A stretch of DNA of 60,887 nucleotides from assembly GCA_035764505.1 (NCBI GenBank), contig DASTZC010000226.1, forward strand, positions 1-60,887, in the 5' to 3' direction. Made by a program: the position numbers and the translations under genes. Shown piece after piece: positions 47,761 to 56,622 of this stretch (its first letter is position 1; each line of letters opens with the position of its first letter). The stretch is from Candidatus Polarisedimenticolia bacterium. Its GTDB lineage: Bacteria; Acidobacteriota; Polarisedimenticolia; Gp22-AA2; AA152. The notes under the pieces are model-generated. The model saw only the letters and a program-made list of their open reading frames with translations, did no database searches and was not told the origin of the DNA.

Positions 47761-48216
47761 CTAGCCTGCTTTGCGGCCGGGTCCGGATGCCGGCACCGGC
47801 AGGAGGCCGCGCTTGCCGGCGAGGGTGTCGAGCGTGACGGACGCGAACGTGCTGCGGGTGTTCTCGTCCACCTCGTCGAAGAGACGCTTGAGCCGGCAGG
47901 TGGGTAGGTTGGCGCAGGGTTCGGGGCGGTCCTGGATGAGGCACTGGCGCAGAGGTCGGGGAGGCTCGAAGGCGCTGACAACGTCGAGGACGGTGACTTT
48001 GGACGGCTCCTTGGCGAGCCGGTAGCCTCCGCCGACACCGCGCGTTCCCGTCGCGATCCCCGAGCGGACGAGACGCTGGAACACCTTCGCGAGAGCCGCC
48101 TCGGGAACGCCATAGCGACCGGCAACCTGGGCGACGGTGACCTGGGCGTCGTCCTCCGCCTGGGCCATCTCGAGAGCCGCATACAGCGCGTAGCGCGTGC
48201 TCTTGTTGAGCTTCAA
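47761..48216 (-). CDS. Rrf2-family transcriptional regulator (BadM-like position)
   Basis: 151 aa. N-terminus is MKLNKSTRYALYAALEMA...VTVAQVAGRYGVPEAALAKVFQRLVRSGIATGTRGVGGGYRLA, with three Cys (QC...PC...TC) in the usual Fe-S ligand region. It overlaps the upstream GNAT by 4 nt. Confidence 0.9.
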   Translation of the reverse strand: MKLNKSTRYALYAALEMAQAEDDAQVTVAQVAGRYGVPEAALAKVFQRLVRSGIATGTRGVGGGYRLAKEPSKVTVLDVVSAFEPPRPLRQCLIQDRPEPCANLPTCRLKRLFDEVDENTRSTFASVTLDTLAGKRGLLPVPASGPGRKAG

Positions 48217-48680
48217 GACCTGAGATCCAGGTCGAGGCAGAGGCGAGCGGACGGGCGGAAGCCCTGCCGGTGGAAGAAGCCGAGCAGGGGTTGATCATCC
48301 CAGCTCACCTCCGTGCGAATCGAGGCCACGCCGAGGCCCGTCAGGTTGGTCCGGAGCTGAGATAGCAGCGCCGCGCCCACACCCCGGCCGCGAAAGGCGG
48401 GATGCACTCCCAGCGTGTCGAGAACCGCCACCGGCTCGAGCATCCCGAACTCGCCGTAATAAACCTTCGCGATCAGGAACGCGCAGAACCGGCCGCCCTG
48501 CTCCGCGGCGAGCGAGATCCTGATGCCCGTCTCCTGCTGGCTCTCGCGCAGCTTGACGCGGAAATACTCGTCACGCCGACGGCCCACGATGCGCGCATCG
48601 AGCGCGATGACCGACTCCAAATCCGACGGGCGCAGGTTGCGCACGACGATCGCATCGCGCTCCGGATGGATGTCCTCCAT
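48213..48680 (-). CDS. GNAT-family N-acetyltransferase (BadL-like position)
   Basis: 155 aa counted from MEDIHPERDAIVVRNLRPSDLESVIALD. The acetyl-CoA loop is VHPAFRGRGVGAALL. Confidence 0.8.
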   Translation of the reverse strand: MEDIHPERDAIVVRNLRPSDLESVIALDARIVGRRRDEYFRVKLRESQQETGIRISLAAEQGGRFCAFLIAKVYYGEFGMLEPVAVLDTLGVHPAFRGRGVGAALLSQLRTNLTGLGVASIRTEVSWDDQPLLGFFHRQGFRPSARLCLDLDLRS

Positions 48681-48696
48681 GGCGACCTCCGGTTTC

Positions 48697-49440
48697 TCAG
48701 GCAATGAGCTGTCCTCCATCCACTCGCAGGACCTGCCCGGTGATGTGCCTGGCGAGAGGCGAGACGAGGAATAGAACGGCGCCGGCGACATCCTCGGGGT
48801 CGCCCATGCGGCCGAGCGCGGCCTCTTCCGCAGCCCGATCGCGATGCTCTCTGGGCAGGACGTCGGTCATGGGCGTGTGAATCATCCCGGGAGAAATCAG
48901 GTTGACCCGGATCCCGAACCGTCCCACCTCACGTGCGGCGCTGCGCCCCAGCCCGATGAGCCCGGCCTTGCTCGCGGCATAGTTTGTCTGGCCGAACCGG
49001 CCCCGCTCCCCATTGATCGAGGTGATGAGGACGATGGCCCCCTCGCCCGTCTCGCGCATCCAGGGGACGACCCGCTTGAGCACGAGAAAGGCCGAATCGA
49101 GGTTGATGCGCATCACCGCGTCCCAGTCGGCCTCCGGGAGCTTCCAGAGCACCGCGTCCCGAGCGATCCCGGCGCCATGAACCAGGATGTCGAGGCGTCC
49201 ATGCTCGCGCCGGAACGCCTCGAGCTGCCGGTCGATCGACTCGCGGCTGGCGAGATCGCACTCCAGCCTGGCGGCCCCTTCCGGAGCGGCAATCCCGGGG
49301 CGATCGAGGCTGGTGACCTCGCATCCGGCCGTCAGCAGAAGCTTCACGATCGCGGAGCCGATTCCTCCCCCGCCGCCCGTGACGAGCGCGATCTTGCCCT
49401 TCAGAGAGAGGAGATCCGCGAGTCCCGAGGTCGGGGTCAT
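48697..49440 (-). CDS. SDR-family oxidoreductase (FabG-like)
   Basis: 247 aa counted from MTPTSGLADLLSLKGKIALVTGGGGGIGSAI (TGxxxGIG). The catalytic motif is NYAASKAG. It has an ATGA overlap with the bcrD-like gene. Confidence 0.85.
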   Translation of the reverse strand: MTPTSGLADLLSLKGKIALVTGGGGGIGSAIVKLLLTAGCEVTSLDRPGIAAPEGAARLECDLASRESIDRQLEAFRREHGRLDILVHGAGIARDAVLWKLPEADWDAVMRINLDSAFLVLKRVVPWMRETGEGAIVLITSINGERGRFGQTNYAASKAGLIGLGRSAAREVGRFGIRVNLISPGMIHTPMTDVLPREHRDRAAEEAALGRMGDPEDVAGAVLFLVSPLARHITGQVLRVDGGQLIA

Positions 49441-50357
49441 GCTCCGGCTCCGGCGACCGCCGTGGTCGTGCCGTCCCCTTGGCCGAACACCATTCTCCGG
49501 GCCGCGAGCTTGCGCACCCGGTAGGCTCCCCAAAGGCTCGCGCCGAGAGCGCCGGCGAAGACTGAATCACGATGCGCGCGAATCTGGATGGGCGCTTTCT
49601 CCGCCTCGGCGGCCTCCTGCAGCGCCGCCAGCAGGCCGATGTCGGCGGCCAATCCGCCGGTGACCAGGGTCACCCCCCGCGCCGAGGAGGAGACGAGAAG
49701 GCGCAGGTATCTTCCGGCCATCGACTCATGAATCCCCTTGATGATGTTGGGCGTCGAGACTCCGCGCGACACCATGTTGATGACGTCGGTCTCCGCCAGC
49801 ACGGCGCAGATCGACGAGCAGGTCTCCGGCTTCGTGGCCTGCTTCGACAGAGGGCCGATTTCATCCAGCGTGATTCCCAGGTACCGGCTGATGTTCTCGA
49901 GAAATTGACCCGAGCCGGAGGCGCACTGGCTGGTCATGCGATAGCCGAGGACTCTCGCCCGGTGGTCCATCACGATGCCGCGGGTGTGGAGCGCGCCGAT
50001 GTCGAGAATGGACCGCGCCTCGGGATCGAGGAACAGTCCGCCGCGGGCATGGGTCGTCATTCCGTAGAAATGGCCGGTGCGGAACGGCACCATCTCGCCC
50101 TCGCCCGTGGTCGCGATATAGGCGAGATCTTCACGGGCCAGCCCGGCCTGACTCAGGCAATCCCCGAAAAGGTCGTCGGCGACCTTCTGGCAGTCGCGCC
50201 GGCGGATCCGCTCGCAGCGGGTCAGCAGAACGCGCGCCGCTCCCTCCCCGGTATCCTCCAGCAGCGCCACCTTCACGGCCGAGGAGCCCACGTCGATTCC
50301 CGCCACGCATAGCGCGGATGAGACAGGGTGGCTTCCTTGCCGCGCCCCGGCGCTCAT
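49437..50357 (-). CDS. bcrD: benzoyl-CoA reductase subunit D-like (BcrD/BadG; BadF/BadG/BcrA/BcrD ATPase family)
   Basis: 306 aa. The acetate/sugar-kinase fold is shown by GIDVGSSAVKVAL, DIGALHTRGI, SQCASGSGQFLE and TGGLAADIG. It is the short ATPase partner of the 448-aa subunit. Confidence 0.8.
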   Translation of the reverse strand: MSAGARQGSHPVSSALCVAGIDVGSSAVKVALLEDTGEGAARVLLTRCERIRRRDCQKVADDLFGDCLSQAGLAREDLAYIATTGEGEMVPFRTGHFYGMTTHARGGLFLDPEARSILDIGALHTRGIVMDHRARVLGYRMTSQCASGSGQFLENISRYLGITLDEIGPLSKQATKPETCSSICAVLAETDVINMVSRGVSTPNIIKGIHESMAGRYLRLLVSSSARGVTLVTGGLAADIGLLAALQEAAEAEKAPIQIRAHRDSVFAGALGASLWGAYRVRKLAARRMVFGQGDGTTTAVAGAGA

Positions 50358-51700
50358 GCGGCTCTCCCGCCTTCAGCGCCCCGGTCCGAGGTCGCCTCCC
50401 CGCTTCCCGGCGAACCCCGCCGCAGCCACTCCCGCCGGGCGAAGAGCGCCGCGCCCAGGGCCCCCGTGTAGATCGAATCCGGCGAGATGTTCAGCGTCAT
50501 CTCCCCGTAGTTGTCGATGATGAGCCCGCGCAGCGCTCTCACGGCGGCGGGGTTCTTCGCCACGCCGCCGGTGAAGGTGAACTCGTCGCTCACGCCGCCC
50601 GAGCGCGCCAGCAGCGACAGCGCGCGCAGGATGATCGCCCGGTGCAGCCCCGCCAGGATGTCCTCGCGCTTCTCTCCCAGCGACAGACGCTCGCGCAGCT
50701 CGGCGCCGGCGAAGACGGTGCAGGTGGAGTTGATGCGCACCGGCCGGCTGGAGCGGCAAGCCATCGGCCCCAACTCCTGGACGCCCAGGTTCATCTCGTC
50801 GGCAATATAGCCGAGGTAGCGGCCGCAGCCGGCGGCACAGCGGTCGTTCATCTGGAAGGAGATCACGATGCCTTCGGCGTCCACTTGGATCGCCTTGGTG
50901 TCCTGTCCGCCGATGTCGAGCACGGTGCGCGTGCCGGGGAACATGGCGTGCGCCCCGAGGCCGTGGCAGAGGATCTCGGAGCGGATCTGTTCCTTGGGAA
51001 ACGGCAGCGTGGCCCTCCCGTAGCCGGTGCCGACGGTGCAGGCGAGATCAAGCGTCACCTCGGCAACCTCCTCCACCGCCCGCGTCAGCGCGGCCGGAGC
51101 TTCGGGCAGGCGCGACAACGCCGCCCGGGCATGGCGCCCGAAATTCCCCGCATCGGTCGGACGGTTCTCCACGTCCAGAATCGCCTTGTCGAACAAACCG
51201 ACCAGCCGGTCGAATCCCACCGGCGAGGTCTTCGCCGCCTCCTCCGCGAGCCGCAGGTAGATGCTCCCGGCGAGATCCCGGAAGAAATCGCTCTTGCGGC
51301 TGGCCCCCGACCGGAAGAGCTCAGCCGCGCCCCGCTCCATGGCTGCGAGGATCTCCCCGACGACCTCGCGCAGCGCGTCCGAATCACCCTCGGCCATGAA
51401 CCGGTGCATCACCTCGCTCAGGACCCGCAGCTGAGAGCGATACTGCTGCTCGCGCAGCCCATGCTCCAGCTCGGCCAGGAGCGCGCGCCCGCTCCCGGCG
51501 GCGGGGTCCGACCCTTCCAGCGCTGAGGCGACCAGGGCGAAGCGCGCGCCGATGAGCCCTTCGGAGAGCGCCACGTCGCAGGCTATCTTGTAGTTGCTCC
51601 GGCTGTTGGTGATGCCGCGGCCCAGGATGGCGCCGCTTTCCGCCAGGATGACCGCCTTGGTGGTCGTCGAGCCCAGGTCGATTCCCACGCAGCACTTCAT
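50354..51700 (-). CDS. bcrA: benzoyl-CoA reductase subunit A-like (BcrA/BadF), ATPase with long insertion
   Basis: 448 aa counted from MKCCVGIDLGSTTTKAVIL. A helical insertion of about 170 aa precedes GTGYGR, DIGGQDTKAI and NDRCAAGCGRYL. This is the layout I recall for BcrA rather than for dehydratase activators. Confidence 0.8.
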   Translation of the reverse strand: MKCCVGIDLGSTTTKAVILAESGAILGRGITNSRSNYKIACDVALSEGLIGARFALVASALEGSDPAAGSGRALLAELEHGLREQQYRSQLRVLSEVMHRFMAEGDSDALREVVGEILAAMERGAAELFRSGASRKSDFFRDLAGSIYLRLAEEAAKTSPVGFDRLVGLFDKAILDVENRPTDAGNFGRHARAALSRLPEAPAALTRAVEEVAEVTLDLACTVGTGYGRATLPFPKEQIRSEILCHGLGAHAMFPGTRTVLDIGGQDTKAIQVDAEGIVISFQMNDRCAAGCGRYLGYIADEMNLGVQELGPMACRSSRPVRINSTCTVFAGAELRERLSLGEKREDILAGLHRAIILRALSLLARSGGVSDEFTFTGGVAKNPAAVRALRGLIIDNYGEMTLNISPDSIYTGALGAALFARREWLRRGSPGSGEATSDRGAEGGRAA

Positions 51701-51782
51701 GCCCCGCCCCCGTTCACCGACCGCTCCCACTGGCTTCCGGCGCGTCGTGCGCCTCCGGTGCTCCCCGTTTCCTGGTTGCGCA

Positions 51783-53090
51783 TCAGTGCACCGCGTGCAT
51801 CCGCTTCTGCTCGATCATCTGGAAGTAGGATTCGAGCCGGTTCTTGATGTTGGCCGCCGAAAAATACCTGGGATCGACCAGGTCGCTCTCGATGAAACCG
51901 CCGGGACGGCCGGTGCGCTTCTCCACCTCGCGGAGGATCATGAGCTGGCCGGCGCTGAAGGAGTTGCAGCTCTTGATCGAGTTCACGAGCAGCCCGTCGG
52001 CGTCGTAGTCCTTGACGTAGCGGGAGAGCATGTCGACGCGGCTTGGCAGGCTCAGGTTGGTGTAGCAGCCCATGCAGTAATCGGCCAGCGTCTCGAGCGG
52101 GCGCGAGGGATCGTGGCGGAAGCCCGTGTCGTACACGCCGCCCACCTTGGTGTAGGTGGAAGCGACGACGACCGCCCCCTCGTCGGCGAACATCTTCCAG
52201 AACTCGCGGAAGCTGGTCCAGTTCGGCGGTCCCTCCACCACCAGCCGGAAGCGCTCGCGATCCACGGCGCCGTCGGGCGTCACGGGGCCCAGGTTCAGAC
52301 GCTTGCGCTCCTCGACCTCCTCGCGCAGCGTCCGGTAGTAATCCACCGCCTCCGGCGTTCCGCGAAAGGCGGTGAAGATGGGACCGATGTAATAGACGCC
52401 GCCGAAATAGGCGTCGATGGGCGAAGGGCGATGCTTCGCAGATTCCAGGACGGCCACCAGATCGTCTTCCGCGCGCGCCGACAGTGCCAGCATCTCTCGT
52501 AACCGGTCCTCGTCATACCGCCTCCCGGAAACCGACTCCAGAGCAGGGATGATCTTCTCCTTCAGCTGCGCGACGACGTAGCGGCGCATCTCCTCGGTCA
52601 CGACGCCATCCGCCTGGTAGGGAACGTGCAGCATGGCCACCGGACAGGAGTATTCCTCCTTGAGAATCTCGAACCACTTCATGAAGGTGAAGCAGCCGGT
52701 GTAGGAAAGGAGGAGCAGGTCCGGGTCCGGGAGCCGCTCGCCGGTCGGGCCGACGTTGCCCGATTTCATCATTCCGAGATCGCACTTCACGTAGGTGCAG
52801 ACATCCTCGGAGTGGCCCAGCTTCTCGGCCACGGCGATGTACTCGCGCGATTTCCCGCGCATCGCCGATTGCAGCGCGTTGATCTCGGGAAGCACCGGCA
52901 GGAGATCGAACGAGCGCAGCAGCTCGGTCAGGTTGCCCGGGACGAAGGTGTAGGCGTTCTTCTCCCCGGACCCGGGGCAGCCGGCGAGCCGGTGATAGTG
53001 CTCGGCAATCATCCGCTTCTGGCGCAGCTGGCTGTCTTCCTTGCACACGGCGGACACCGCGGGAGCCTTCGGATCAATGGGCGTCGGCAT
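51783..53090 (-). CDS. bcrB: benzoyl-CoA reductase subunit B-like (BcrB/BadE; 2-hydroxyacyl-CoA dehydratase fold)
   Basis: 435 aa counted from MPTPIDPKAP. Conserved Cys are in DVCTYVKCDLG and SYTGCFTFMKW...SIKSCNSFS. The 529-aa track ORF is an upstream over-extension into bcrC. Confidence 0.8.
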   Translation of the reverse strand: MPTPIDPKAPAVSAVCKEDSQLRQKRMIAEHYHRLAGCPGSGEKNAYTFVPGNLTELLRSFDLLPVLPEINALQSAMRGKSREYIAVAEKLGHSEDVCTYVKCDLGMMKSGNVGPTGERLPDPDLLLLSYTGCFTFMKWFEILKEEYSCPVAMLHVPYQADGVVTEEMRRYVVAQLKEKIIPALESVSGRRYDEDRLREMLALSARAEDDLVAVLESAKHRPSPIDAYFGGVYYIGPIFTAFRGTPEAVDYYRTLREEVEERKRLNLGPVTPDGAVDRERFRLVVEGPPNWTSFREFWKMFADEGAVVVASTYTKVGGVYDTGFRHDPSRPLETLADYCMGCYTNLSLPSRVDMLSRYVKDYDADGLLVNSIKSCNSFSAGQLMILREVEKRTGRPGGFIESDLVDPRYFSAANIKNRLESYFQMIEQKRMHAVH

Positions 53091-54285
53091 GGCGGTTCCC
53101 CTCGTCGCTCCACAGCTTGATCGAATCGGCAAACGTTCCCGTCTGCTCGCGGATGACCTGGAACTGCCCGTTGTTCTCGGCGAACTTGAAGGCGGTGTAG
53201 GGGACGCCCGCCTTTTCCAGGACCTTGATCGCCATCGGCTGATCGAGCAGCGCGGGATCGCAGAAGCTGGCCGCGCAGAAGACGACCCCTTCGGCCCCCG
53301 CGCACCGCACGCGGCGCACCAGCTCGCTTCCTTTCTCGCCCCCGGCGATGAAGCGGATGGGACTGTCCACACCCTGGTCCAGGAAGGCTTCCACCAGAGC
53401 GTCGAGCGGGTCGGCCGTTTCGCGGATCGGGCCGCGAATCCAGCGGTGCACCTGGACGAAGTCGTCGTCCACGATGTAGCAGCCGGAGCGCTCCAGCGTG
53501 CGAATCAATCCGAGTGGAGGCTGCTCGCAAAAGGAGCCGGTGACGACGACGCGCGCCTGGTCCATCATGCGGCGCGTGGTATCGGCTTCAAGCGCCTCGC
53601 CATAATCGGCGAGCAGCTTCGTGAAGTCCTCGACGCACAGGACCTGGCCGGCGCGCAGGAGCAGATACAGCTCGCTGGTCGGGACCTTCCAGGGTTCCCG
53701 CCGCCGCAGATCGAAGAGCGACTCCACCTGCATGCGATTGGCGTTGTACAGCGCAATCGATTTCCGCAGCGATGCCGCCTCGTAGGGGCGTGCGCCGCGG
53801 GCCGTCAGCGCGCGGGAGAGATCCATCAGCGCGCGGCCGTAGAACTCCCCCCCGATGCCCCGATCGAAATCCTGGGGCACGTCGAGATAGAACGAGAGCT
53901 TGTGCGGAAACTGGAGCTTCCACATGCCGGAGAGATTCCGGATGACGTCGCAGGTCGCCGGAAAGATCATCCCGTCGAGGACGTCGAGGCTGCCGTCGAG
54001 CCCCATTTCGAGCGTGCTGCGCGGAATGTGGCAGATGTAGGACTGGTAGTAGGCGTCGCCGCGAATGATCTCCAGGTTGTCGCCGCCGCCCATGATGCCC
54101 ACCGGCAGCACGCCTTGCGCGTGCAGCAGCTCGCGCGGGATATAGACGGGCATGAAGCCGACCGCCAGAGAACCCGTGCGCCCCTTCCATTCGCGCACCG
54201 AGCCGAGGGCCGTGTCCCGGTAAAGCTTCTCGGCGATGCCGACGATCTTCCCCAGCTCTCCTTCCGGGCCGGCCGGGCTTCTCAC
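53074..54285 (-). CDS. bcrC: benzoyl-CoA reductase subunit C-like (BcrC/BadD; dehydratase fold)
   Basis: 403 aa from a GTG start (VRSPAGPEGELGKIV) with a GGAGGA RBS and a GTGA overlap with the dch stop. Motifs are SYICHIPRS, FPATCDVIRN and FCAASFCDP. Confidence 0.78.
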   Translation of the reverse strand: MRSPAGPEGELGKIVGIAEKLYRDTALGSVREWKGRTGSLAVGFMPVYIPRELLHAQGVLPVGIMGGGDNLEIIRGDAYYQSYICHIPRSTLEMGLDGSLDVLDGMIFPATCDVIRNLSGMWKLQFPHKLSFYLDVPQDFDRGIGGEFYGRALMDLSRALTARGARPYEAASLRKSIALYNANRMQVESLFDLRRREPWKVPTSELYLLLRAGQVLCVEDFTKLLADYGEALEADTTRRMMDQARVVVTGSFCEQPPLGLIRTLERSGCYIVDDDFVQVHRWIRGPIRETADPLDALVEAFLDQGVDSPIRFIAGGEKGSELVRRVRCAGAEGVVFCAASFCDPALLDQPMAIKVLEKAGVPYTAFKFAENNGQFQVIREQTGTFADSIKLWSDEGNRHADAH

Positions 54286-55052
54286 GCGTTCCTCCACTCC
54301 GGCGGCCGCTTCTCCAGGAACGCCTGAAGTCCTTCGACCGCATCGGAGGTCTTCATCAGGTCTTCGCAATAGGACCTTTCGATCTCAGCCAGCTCCGCGC
54401 GGAATCTCCGGCCGAAGGCGGCGCGCGCCGCGCGAACCGCCAGCCGCAGGCTCGAGGCGGAGCGGGGCAGCAAGTGTTGTCGCGCGTAGTCGAGGGCCGC
54501 ATGCGCGGGATCTTCGGCCACCTCGTCGACGAGACCCAGCCGCTGCGCCTCCGCGGCGTCCAGGGTGCGCCCGGAGAGCAGCAGGTCCTCCGCGCCTCCC
54601 CGCGTCATCCGTTCCGTCAGGAGCACGGATGCGGCCGGGGCGAAGACGCCCAGCACGATCTCCGGCTGGCCGAACCGGGCGGACGGAGCAGCGAAGATCC
54701 GATGACAAAAGGCGGCCAGCTCCAGCCCGCCGCCGAGGCATTGCCCGCGCACCGCCGCGAGGGTCACGACCGACGCATCGAGCATCCGGTAGAAGAGCCC
54801 GTGAAAGCCGTGCAGCATCGCCGTGAATTGCTCCGGCAGATGCTCCTGGACGCTGGCGCCGAAGGAGAAATGCGGTCCGTCGCCTTCCAGGAGGACGGCC
54901 TTGAGCGAGGGCTCGCGCCGGGCCCGGTCGTAGATCGCCGAGAGCGCCTCGACCTTCTCCCGGTCCAGGATGTTGGCCTTGGGAGTCGCCAGGAAGACCC
55001 GCCAGAGAGAGCCGCCTTCGAGAGCTTCGAGACGCACCGGATTCCCGCTCAT
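54282..55052 (-). CDS. dch: cyclohexa-1,5-diene-1-carbonyl-CoA hydratase-like (crotonase family)
   Basis: 256 aa counted from MSGNPVRLEALEGGSLWRVFLATPKANILD. Motifs are GPHFSFGASVQEH and VRGQCLGGGLELA. The assignment rests on crotonase motifs plus operon context. Confidence 0.7.
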   Translation of the reverse strand: MSGNPVRLEALEGGSLWRVFLATPKANILDREKVEALSAIYDRARREPSLKAVLLEGDGPHFSFGASVQEHLPEQFTAMLHGFHGLFYRMLDASVVTLAAVRGQCLGGGLELAAFCHRIFAAPSARFGQPEIVLGVFAPAASVLLTERMTRGGAEDLLLSGRTLDAAEAQRLGLVDEVAEDPAHAALDYARQHLLPRSASSLRLAVRAARAAFGRRFRAELAEIERSYCEDLMKTSDAVEGLQAFLEKRPPEWRNA

Positions 55053-55516
55053 GCTCGATTTTCCAAATCCAGCTCGAGCTGGACGAAGCTTCCGCCCACG
55101 AATCCATTGGAGCGGAAGAAGGAGAGAATCGGAACGTTGCCCCGGCCGACCATCGTCCGCACGCGCTCGACTCCGGCTTTCTTGAAGCGCCGGCAGGCCT
55201 CGGAGAGCAGCTCCGAGGCCACTCCCTTGCGCATATGGGCCGGATCCACTCCTACCGCGAAGATCCAGCCGCAGATGTCGGAGCCGAACTCGAAGGCGCG
55301 CACCTCGCCCAGGAGAAAGGCGACGAGACCGCGCTCCCCCTCGGCGCACAATCCGACGCGCGGCGTGCCGTCGGAATCCTCGAGGAAGCGCTTGAAGACT
55401 CCCTTCCAATATCCGGGGTTCTTCCTGCCCGTGTGCAAGGCGTCGATCCGGATGACCTCCGCGAGGTCCGCGGGGCCCAAATCGCGCGTGCGCTGCGCCA
55501 CGGCCTGCTTGCTCAC
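55049..55516 (-). CDS. GNAT-family N-acetyltransferase, paralogue of 48213..48680
   Basis: 155 aa from a GTG start that overlaps the oah stop (GTGA). Its own stop overlaps the dch ATG (ATGA). The acetyl-CoA loop is VDPAHMRKGVASELL. It is colinear with the other GNAT down to the ...L(E/D)LDL tail. Confidence 0.7.
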   Translation of the reverse strand: MSKQAVAQRTRDLGPADLAEVIRIDALHTGRKNPGYWKGVFKRFLEDSDGTPRVGLCAEGERGLVAFLLGEVRAFEFGSDICGWIFAVGVDPAHMRKGVASELLSEACRRFKKAGVERVRTMVGRGNVPILSFFRSNGFVGGSFVQLELDLENRA

Positions 55517-56619
55517 CTCGCCGCTCCCGCTCCGTGGACGGAGGAAAGCAGCTCCCGGAGGAGATCGTCGTTCCAGTCGCACCCTTCGGCCAGGCGCCGG
55601 CGAAGGAGCAGGAAGTCGACCTCGCGATGCTCCTTGTCTCCTTCGTGGAAGGCGCGGAAGCCGGCGCGCCCCTCGGTCATCATGTTGAGCGCCAGCCAGG
55701 CGCGATTCGATTCGCGGTTCCGATCCCAATGCTCCAGCTTGTGCTTTCGGACGCTCTCCAAGGTCTTGGCAAGGCACCCCGGCATGGTCATCGCCAGGGA
55801 CAGCGCCAGGGAGTCGACCGCTTCGTCCAGCAGCGTCAGATCAATCTCTCCCCGCTTGAGCAGCTCTTTCCCCACGGAAAGCTCCGCCCCTTCCTGGCGC
55901 TCGCCCAGGGCGACCCTTCCGAAGGAATCCAGGTAGCGCTGCGTGATCACGAGCGGATTGGGAACGAACGAGCCGTCGACCTTCAACGCGGGGACGATTC
56001 GGGTGAGGAGTCCGAGGCGGTAGGCCTTGTGCGCGCTCCACGGCTGGCAGAGCGTGCAGCTCTCCATCGCCGCCTCCACCCCGACGAACAGTGGCAGGAA
56101 ATCGGTGCTTCCGCCGTCCGGCGCCGAGCCGTGCCGAGGTCCCGCCTGGCCGAACATCGCCAGGTCCTGCGCCACCGAGAAGTCGCAGGCCATGCCGATC
56201 TCCTGTCCGCCGGCGATGCGCATTCCGTTGACGCGGCAGATCACCGGCTTGTCGCACGACAGGATCGCGCTGACCATATCGTTGAAGAGCCGCATGTAGA
56301 GGCGGTATTCCTGCGGGCGGCCGGCGTAGTACTCGGCATATTCGGCGGTGTTGCCACCGGTGCAGAAGGCGCGGTGGCCGCTTCCCGTGAGGACGACGGC
56401 CACGCAGCGGCGATCATTGGACGCGCGTCGAAATCCGAGGATCACCCCCTTGGCCATCTCGGTGGTGTAGGAATTGAGCTGGTCGGGATTGTCGAGCGTG
56501 ATGCGGACGACGTGGAGACCTTCCGCCACGGCGCCGTCCGCGCGCTTCAGGGGCGTCGTGGCATAGCGGACGCCCGAGTGCTCCGTGCCGGCTGCCAGAT
56601 CGTGATCCTTGAGGTTCAT
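55513..56619 (-). CDS. oah: 6-oxocyclohex-1-ene-1-carbonyl-CoA hydrolase-like (Oah/BamA, ring-cleaving crotonase)
   Basis: 368 aa. Motifs are ITLDNPDQLNSYTTEM, RAFCTGGNTAEYAEYY, VNGMRIAGGQEIGMACDF and FGQAGPRHGSAPDGGSTDFLP, plus the long C-terminal extension typical of Oah/BamA. Confidence 0.82.
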   Translation of the reverse strand: MNLKDHDLAAGTEHSGVRYATTPLKRADGAVAEGLHVVRITLDNPDQLNSYTTEMAKGVILGFRRASNDRRCVAVVLTGSGHRAFCTGGNTAEYAEYYAGRPQEYRLYMRLFNDMVSAILSCDKPVICRVNGMRIAGGQEIGMACDFSVAQDLAMFGQAGPRHGSAPDGGSTDFLPLFVGVEAAMESCTLCQPWSAHKAYRLGLLTRIVPALKVDGSFVPNPLVITQRYLDSFGRVALGERQEGAELSVGKELLKRGEIDLTLLDEAVDSLALSLAMTMPGCLAKTLESVRKHKLEHWDRNRESNRAWLALNMMTEGRAGFRAFHEGDKEHREVDFLLLRRRLAEGCDWNDDLLRELLSSVHGAGAAR

Positions 56620-56622
56620 TTT

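Noticed and set aside
49437-54285. Alternative reading of the four bcr-like genes as a 2-hydroxyacyl-CoA dehydratase plus activator
   Set aside because: Dehydratase systems use one homodimeric activator. Here there are two different ATPase subunits, one with the long BcrA-type insertion, and the genes are fused into one operon with had/oah/dch-like ring-processing enzymes. Phylogeny is still needed for certainty.
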